From an uncultured Clostridium sp. (GTDB lineage: Bacteria > Bacillota > Clostridia > TANB77 > CAG-508): a DNA stretch of 22,909 bases. Shown here in pieces: positions 19,042 through 22,909 of this stretch (position 1 is its first letter; the number at the start of each line of letters is the position of its first letter). Below the pieces are notes generated by a model. That model made no database searches. It was not told where the DNA came from and saw only the letters and a program-made list of their open reading frames with translations. The translations under genes and the position numbers were made by a program. Where the stretch lies: assembly GCA_964468015.1 (NCBI GenBank), contig CAYXUA010000003.1:1-22909 (forward strand), written 5' to 3'.

Positions 19042-19074
19042 ATTATATTAATTTTATGTGACAGAAAAGTGACA
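19042..19074 (-). promoter_or_regulatory. candidate regulated promoter of the ABC transporter operon
   Basis: Minus-strand TATAAT (19047-19042). Upstream, overlapping the -35 region, are two direct copies of TGTCAC (plus strand GTGACA at 19058-19063 and 19069-19074) with 11-bp periodicity. Confidence 0.45.
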
Positions 19075-19104
19075 TTAAGAGAATCTTAATAAATTAGCAT
19101 AAAA

Positions 19105-19124
19105 ATAGGAGCTCTTGCTCCCAT
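19105..19124 (-). terminator. rho-independent terminator of the pilin-like gene
   Basis: GGAGC TCTT GCTCC hairpin with outer AT/AT pairs flanked by A and T tracts; just downstream of the shifted-frame stop at 19133. Confidence 0.75.
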
Positions 19125-19132
19125 TTTTTATG

Positions 19133-20847
19133 CTATATATCTCCTCCATATTCAATATACACCCAACCATTTGAACCAGATGTGGCAGCCCTAGTAACCT
19201 TATTCGAACCCGATTCCCAATCGGTACAGGTACATATATCGCCTACGCCACCAGCTCCACCATTAGCATACTGTCCATAGGAAGCTAGTGCACCTCCGCC
19301 GTCCGCCTCCTCCAGCTCCTGCTACGGTTACTTTTATTTTAGCAACTCCAGCTGGTACTGTCCATGTATATGTTCCTGGTGTTGTATATGTTTTCTTGGC
19401 ATATTCTATATTTACAACTACATTAATACTAGCACTAGCTGATAAGCCGTTCGCTTTAGTTGCTGTACATGTTATTGTATGTGTTCCTGAACTCAATGTA
19501 CTCGTATTAGATATCGTCGTACTTCCTTCTTTATATGTTGTACTGCTTATTGCCGCATTTCCATTTGCACTTACTGTAAAGTAATTACTTATTGCATTAC
19601 TATTTCCTTGTATTATTGTTACACTACTTTGTTTTGCTGTTACTATTGGTTTATTTATATCTATATACAATCTCTGTGCACTTGACCATGCTCCTTTATT
19701 TTCTGCATTATCTACTGCTCTAAAATATACATAGTATCCTGCATAATTTGTATTAAATGTTTTACTTGTCACACTTGCTGTACTTCCTACATTTCCTGTT
19801 GGTGCTGTACTACTTGTTGGTGCTGTACTACTACTGCTTAAGTAATATTGATAATATGCAACTCCACTTCCTTCATCTGTTGACTCTGTACTTACACTTA
19901 TTGTTCTACTTGTTGCATATTCTGTACTTCCTCCTGTTATTGTTGGTTCTGTTGGTTCTGTTTTATCTATATTTGTTATCTCTAATGTTGCACTTGTTAA
20001 TTCTCCTACTTCACTTGTTATTCTTGCTCTTATTGTACAATTTTCTTTTATTGTTACTTGGCTGCTTTCTCCTTCATATGTTTGCCATTTCCCTTCTCCT
20101 ACTTGTATTTCTTTTATTCCTGCTTCACTTCCACTTGTCCACACTACTGTTACTATTACATCTTTATTTGTTGCTTCACTTGCGTTTGCGCTTAGTCCTA
20201 TTGTTCCTTCTAAGATGTTACTTATGGTTATTTCTTTACTTTCTGTCTTTCCTTTATTGTTTTCTACTGTGAATATATATGTTCCATTTGAGCTTATCTC
20301 ATATGTTTCACTTATTTCCTTTTCTCCACTGTTGTATGTTTTTGTCTCTCTTTCTGGATTTGTATAACTCTTTATTCCACTATCTGCTTTTGCTGTTATT
20401 GTTACTGTCACTTTATTTGTTAGTACTTCTACATCTTTTGTTGCACTTATTGCTAGTTCTGTTTTTGCTAATTCTCCTTTGCCTATGTATATTACTTCCC
20501 AGCCTCCTTCTTCTTTTTCCTTTATTTCATATATGTAATCTCCTTCTGTTTTTACTTGTCCTGTATCTCTATTTGAATTTTCTTCGCTTGTTATATCTTT
20601 TTCTATTAGCTTGTCTATTATCTTATCTAATGTTATTTTTCTTTCTCCCTCTGCCATTAATTCTATTATTGATAACTCTATCTTTTCTTTATATGTTGCT
20701 ATATTACTTTTCTCTACTGTACTTATTGTACTATCTATTATTCCACTATCTCCCATTAGCATATTTACTACAACTCCTGTCAATATTAACAGTAATATTA
20801 TAGTTATTACTAATGATACTAGCGTTATTCCGTTTACTTTTATACAT
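19133..20847 (-). CDS. pilin-like secreted protein with type IV prepilin-like leader, Ig-like middle and Gly-rich C-terminal domain; requires two +1 shifts (20832 and 19301) for the full 570 aa
   Basis: ATG at 20847 with AAGGAG upstream reads MYKSK then CGG. The +1 frame gives GITLVSLVITIILLLILTGVVVNMLMGDSG (prepilin-like leader). The C-terminal Gly-rich domain KIKVTVAGAGGGG again continues only in a +1 frame: GGGALASYGQYANGGAGGVGDICTCTDWESGSNKVTRAATSGSNGWVYIEYGGDI*. Confidence 0.75.
19298..19301 (-). other. putative +1 frameshift / quadruplet site CGGC (tandem CGG CGG)
   Basis: Minus strand GGC GGA CGG CGG AGG TGC ...TAA. Skipping the C at 19301 gives GGC GGA GGC GGA GGT GCA, an uninterrupted Gly-rich domain. 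Confidence 0.55.
20829..20832 (-). other. putative +1 frameshift / quadruplet site CGGA in prepilin leader
   Basis: Minus strand ATG TAT AAA AGT AAA CGG AAT AAC. Skipping the C at 20832 gives AAA GGA ATA ACG CTA = K G I T L, the prepilin-peptidase-type motif. Confidence 0.6.
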
Positions 20848-20956
20848 CTTCTCTACACTCCTTCTTTTGAATTCTCTTACTTCTATTCCACCATATCTAA
20901 CCCTCAAACGCCTTTTATTCAAAGTTTTGTCACTTTCTTATCTAATCCTCACACTA

Positions 20957-21155
20957 GCCGTCGGAAGAGAGTCATATATTAAAATTTATGTAATGACGAA
21001 TGTGCCCTGGAATGTTCGTACAAACTCTTAATCTAATTTAATGAGGGGGCGAAGGCTTCGGAGAGGCTCGTTAAATTAGATTTAGAGTTTGTCGAACATG
21101 GAAGAAGCCGAGGAATGGAATAAATTTTAATATATTTCGATTTTCTTCTGGCGGC
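20957..21155. repeat. ~199-bp imperfect inverted repeat, possible large structured RNA or decayed palindromic element
   Basis: Arms 20957-21045 and 21067-21155 align as reverse complements with substitutions and small indels. Shared blocks include GCCGyCrGAAGA, ATATATTAAAATTTAT, ATGTTCG, ACAAACTCT, AATCTAATTTAAyGAG. Confidence 0.8.
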
Positions 21156-21374
21156 AACCCTCCTCAAACTCCAAAAAGCACAAAAATAAAGCACATAAAC
21201 CCAGTGCTCCGCACTAAGTCTACATGCTTTCCCTTATATATTCATTCTCATTATTTTCTCTAATAGATTAACTGTGTGTGTGTGTGTGTACAACCGCAAG
21301 GCTTTCAAGCTTTACATTCATTTTATTTCTCCTTTTGTTATTTTCTCTATTATATCTTATGTGGTTATATTTGT

Positions 21375-22058
21375 CTATATCAAATCAAGTAATTTTTTTA
21401 CTATTCTCGTTTTCATAAGCAAATACACAATAACCGCTCCCAAGGTATTTAATATCACATCATCTATGTCAAAAGCTCCTGTTTTGGTTAGGTATTGAGT
21501 TATCTCTACAAGTAAAGTTATTCCTACCATTAATAAAGTAAATTGTCCTGCATTTTTTATTTTATGACTGAATAGCATTGGTATAAAAAATCCAAATGGA
21601 GAAAATGCTATTAGATTTCCAAGTATGTTTACTACTATTAACTGCGGTGATATTCCTCCATTTATTAGTCTTTCAAAATAATCTGTTATAGTCCTAAAAG
21701 GTACTATATTTGTTGATGTCTCGAAATATTGTTTACTAAATATACTTATTTTTTCCTTCCAAGTATATGCTTGTCTGTACTCATTTCCTAAGAATAATAA
21801 TGTAAATAGAGCAATTATGTATATTATAAATATCATTATTAACATTTTCTTTTTTATTTCTTGCTTTTGTTGTTTGTCATTACATTTTCTTACTTGTAAA
21901 ATCATATTTATGAATAGCAATATCATTGGTGTTCCATATATTACTATTTTGGCAGTAGCCGACATGCTGATTGCTGGGTATAAGTCTACTATTAAGCCAA
22001 AGGCTACCATTATTACTGATATTATTATTATTATTATTATTTTCTCTAACATTTTCAC
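21375..22058 (-). CDS. VanZ-like membrane protein
   Basis: NIVPFRTITDYF...VNILGNLIAFSPFGFFIPMLF...TLLVEITQYLTKTGAFDIDDVILNTLGAVIVYLLM is a VanZ-family pattern. Confidence 0.88.
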   Translation of the reverse strand: MKMLEKIIIIIIISVIMVAFGLIVDLYPAISMSATAKIVIYGTPMILLFINMILQVRKCNDKQQKQEIKKKMLIMIFIIYIIALFTLLFLGNEYRQAYTWKEKISIFSKQYFETSTNIVPFRTITDYFERLINGGISPQLIVVNILGNLIAFSPFGFFIPMLFSHKIKNAGQFTLLMVGITLLVEITQYLTKTGAFDIDDVILNTLGAVIVYLLMKTRIVKKLLDLI

Positions 22059-22909
22059 TATATAACCCCCTTAAACATTTGTATTCTAAATTCTGTTCCT
22101 TCTCCTTTTTTGCTTTTTACTTTTATTTCGCCACCTTGTTTTTCTATTATACTTTTAGCTAGAGCTAGCCCTATTCCAAAGCTTTCTTTGCTCGAACCTT
22201 TCCCTTTGTAAAATCTATTGAATATATATGGTAGGTCCTCTTCCGAAATTCCTTCCCCTTCATCTTGTATTATTATTTGAGAGTATAATGCATTTTCTGA
22301 TAGTTCTATTTTTATCTTTCGGTTTTCAGCAGTATGTTCTATACAATTTTTTACTATATTGATTATGGCTTCTTTGGTCCAATTGTAATCTCCCTGCATT
22401 GTTGCTTCTTCTTTGGATATTATTTCTAGTTTTTGATTTTTAAGTTCTATTGGTATTGCCATGCTCTGTTTTACTTCGTTGGCTAATTGTTTTAAGTTTA
22501 TTGGTTCATAATTGAATTCTACCATTCCTGATTCCAGTCTTGATAGTTTTAGTAATACCGTTACTAGCCAATTTATTGAGTTTAGTTGCTTTGTTATTTC
22601 ATATAAATAATTTCTTTTTGTGTTTTCATCTAGCTCTTGTTCTTTTAGGATGTCTAACATTACATTTATTGAAGTCAATGGTGTTCTTATTTGATGTGAT
22701 ATATCTGATAAGGCCGTTGTTATTTCTTTTTTGTCCTTTTTCATTATTGAAGCTTGTTGCTTAAGCATTATTGTTATTTTTGCTATTTGATTTTGTAGCT
22801 CACTTAATTCTCCTTCTGTATTTTCTTCTACTTTCAGTGAATAAATATCATTTTGTAAATCTTTTAAATATTGCACTATATCTTTTATTTTTCTTTCTCT
22901 TAAATACAT
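22058..22909 (-). CDS. sensor histidine kinase, 5' portion probably beyond the window
   Basis: H box ALSDISHQIRTPLTSI, N box IIVKNCIEHT-like (NIVKNCIEHTAE), QDEGEGISEEDLPYIFNRFYKG, GIGLALAKSIIEKQGGEIKVKS. No TM segment within the window. Confidence 0.92.
   Translation of the reverse strand: MYLRERKIKDIVQYLKDLQNDIYSLKVEENTEGELSELQNQIAKITIMLKQQASIMKKDKKEITTALSDISHQIRTPLTSINVMLDILKEQELDENTKRNYLYEITKQLNSINWLVTVLLKLSRLESGMVEFNYEPINLKQLANEVKQSMAIPIELKNQKLEIISKEEATMQGDYNWTKEAIINIVKNCIEHTAENRKIKIELSENALYSQIIIQDEGEGISEEDLPYIFNRFYKGKGSSKESFGIGLALAKSIIEKQGGEIKVKSKKGEGTEFRIQMFKGVI

Noticed and set aside
19263-20783. ORF-caller model of the pilin-like gene starting at TTG 20783 and stopping at 19263
   Set aside because: It cuts off the GITLVSLVITIILLLIL leader and ends in an out-of-frame RRRCTSFLWTVC tail; the RBS-ATG upstream and terminator downstream fit the shifted model better.
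4994-20847. The split tsaB, ABC ATPase and pilin-like genes as ordinary pseudogenes or random indel errors
   Set aside because: Each gene has intact conserved sequence on both sides, and all breaks are +1 at CGG giving Gly. A systematic assembly or basecalling artefact that inserts C before GG is still possible and is kept as the main alternative to test, not dismissed.
21273-21289. (TG)8T tract as a phase-variation element
   Set aside because: It lies downstream of the VanZ-like stop codon and outside any coding region or recognisable promoter, so there is no supported switching target.
1-22909. CRISPR array, transposase, integrase, toxin-antitoxin, restriction-modification, retron or prophage genes
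   Set aside because: No regularly spaced direct repeats and no ORF with such family motifs; the window is largely housekeeping plus envelope functions.

Overview
This 22.9 kb window is AT-rich chromosomal sequence, apparently from a Gram-positive (Clostridia/Firmicutes-like) bacterium. Most of it can be assigned: two tRNAs (Gln-UUG, His-GUG), tandem sortases, a HIT protein, a C-terminally short alanyl-tRNA synthetase, the t6A genes tsaE-tsaB with a RimI-like acetyltransferase, a Lon-family protease, an acyl-CoA synthetase, FtsH, a DUF1189-like protein, alanine racemase, a FemAB-like transferase, an ABC-FtsX-type transporter, a pilin-like Gly-rich surface protein, a VanZ-like protein and a partial histidine kinase. 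The main discovery candidate is a shared recoding signal. Three genes (tsaB, the ABC ATPase, the pilin-like protein) are broken at four places. At each place the conserved frame is restored by skipping one nucleotide at an in-frame CGG codon and reading the following GGN as glycine. A by-eye scan of the roughly 6,900 codons of all other assigned coding sequence found no other in-frame CGG. That fits CGG being unassigned as a normal triplet and used as a +1 frameshift (or quadruplet CGGN->Gly) signal. Systematic assembly error is the main alternative and is not excluded. Two long inverted-repeat intergenic elements are also notable: one with perfect 40-bp arms and one of about 199 bp that is imperfect. 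All counts and alignments were done by hand without software.
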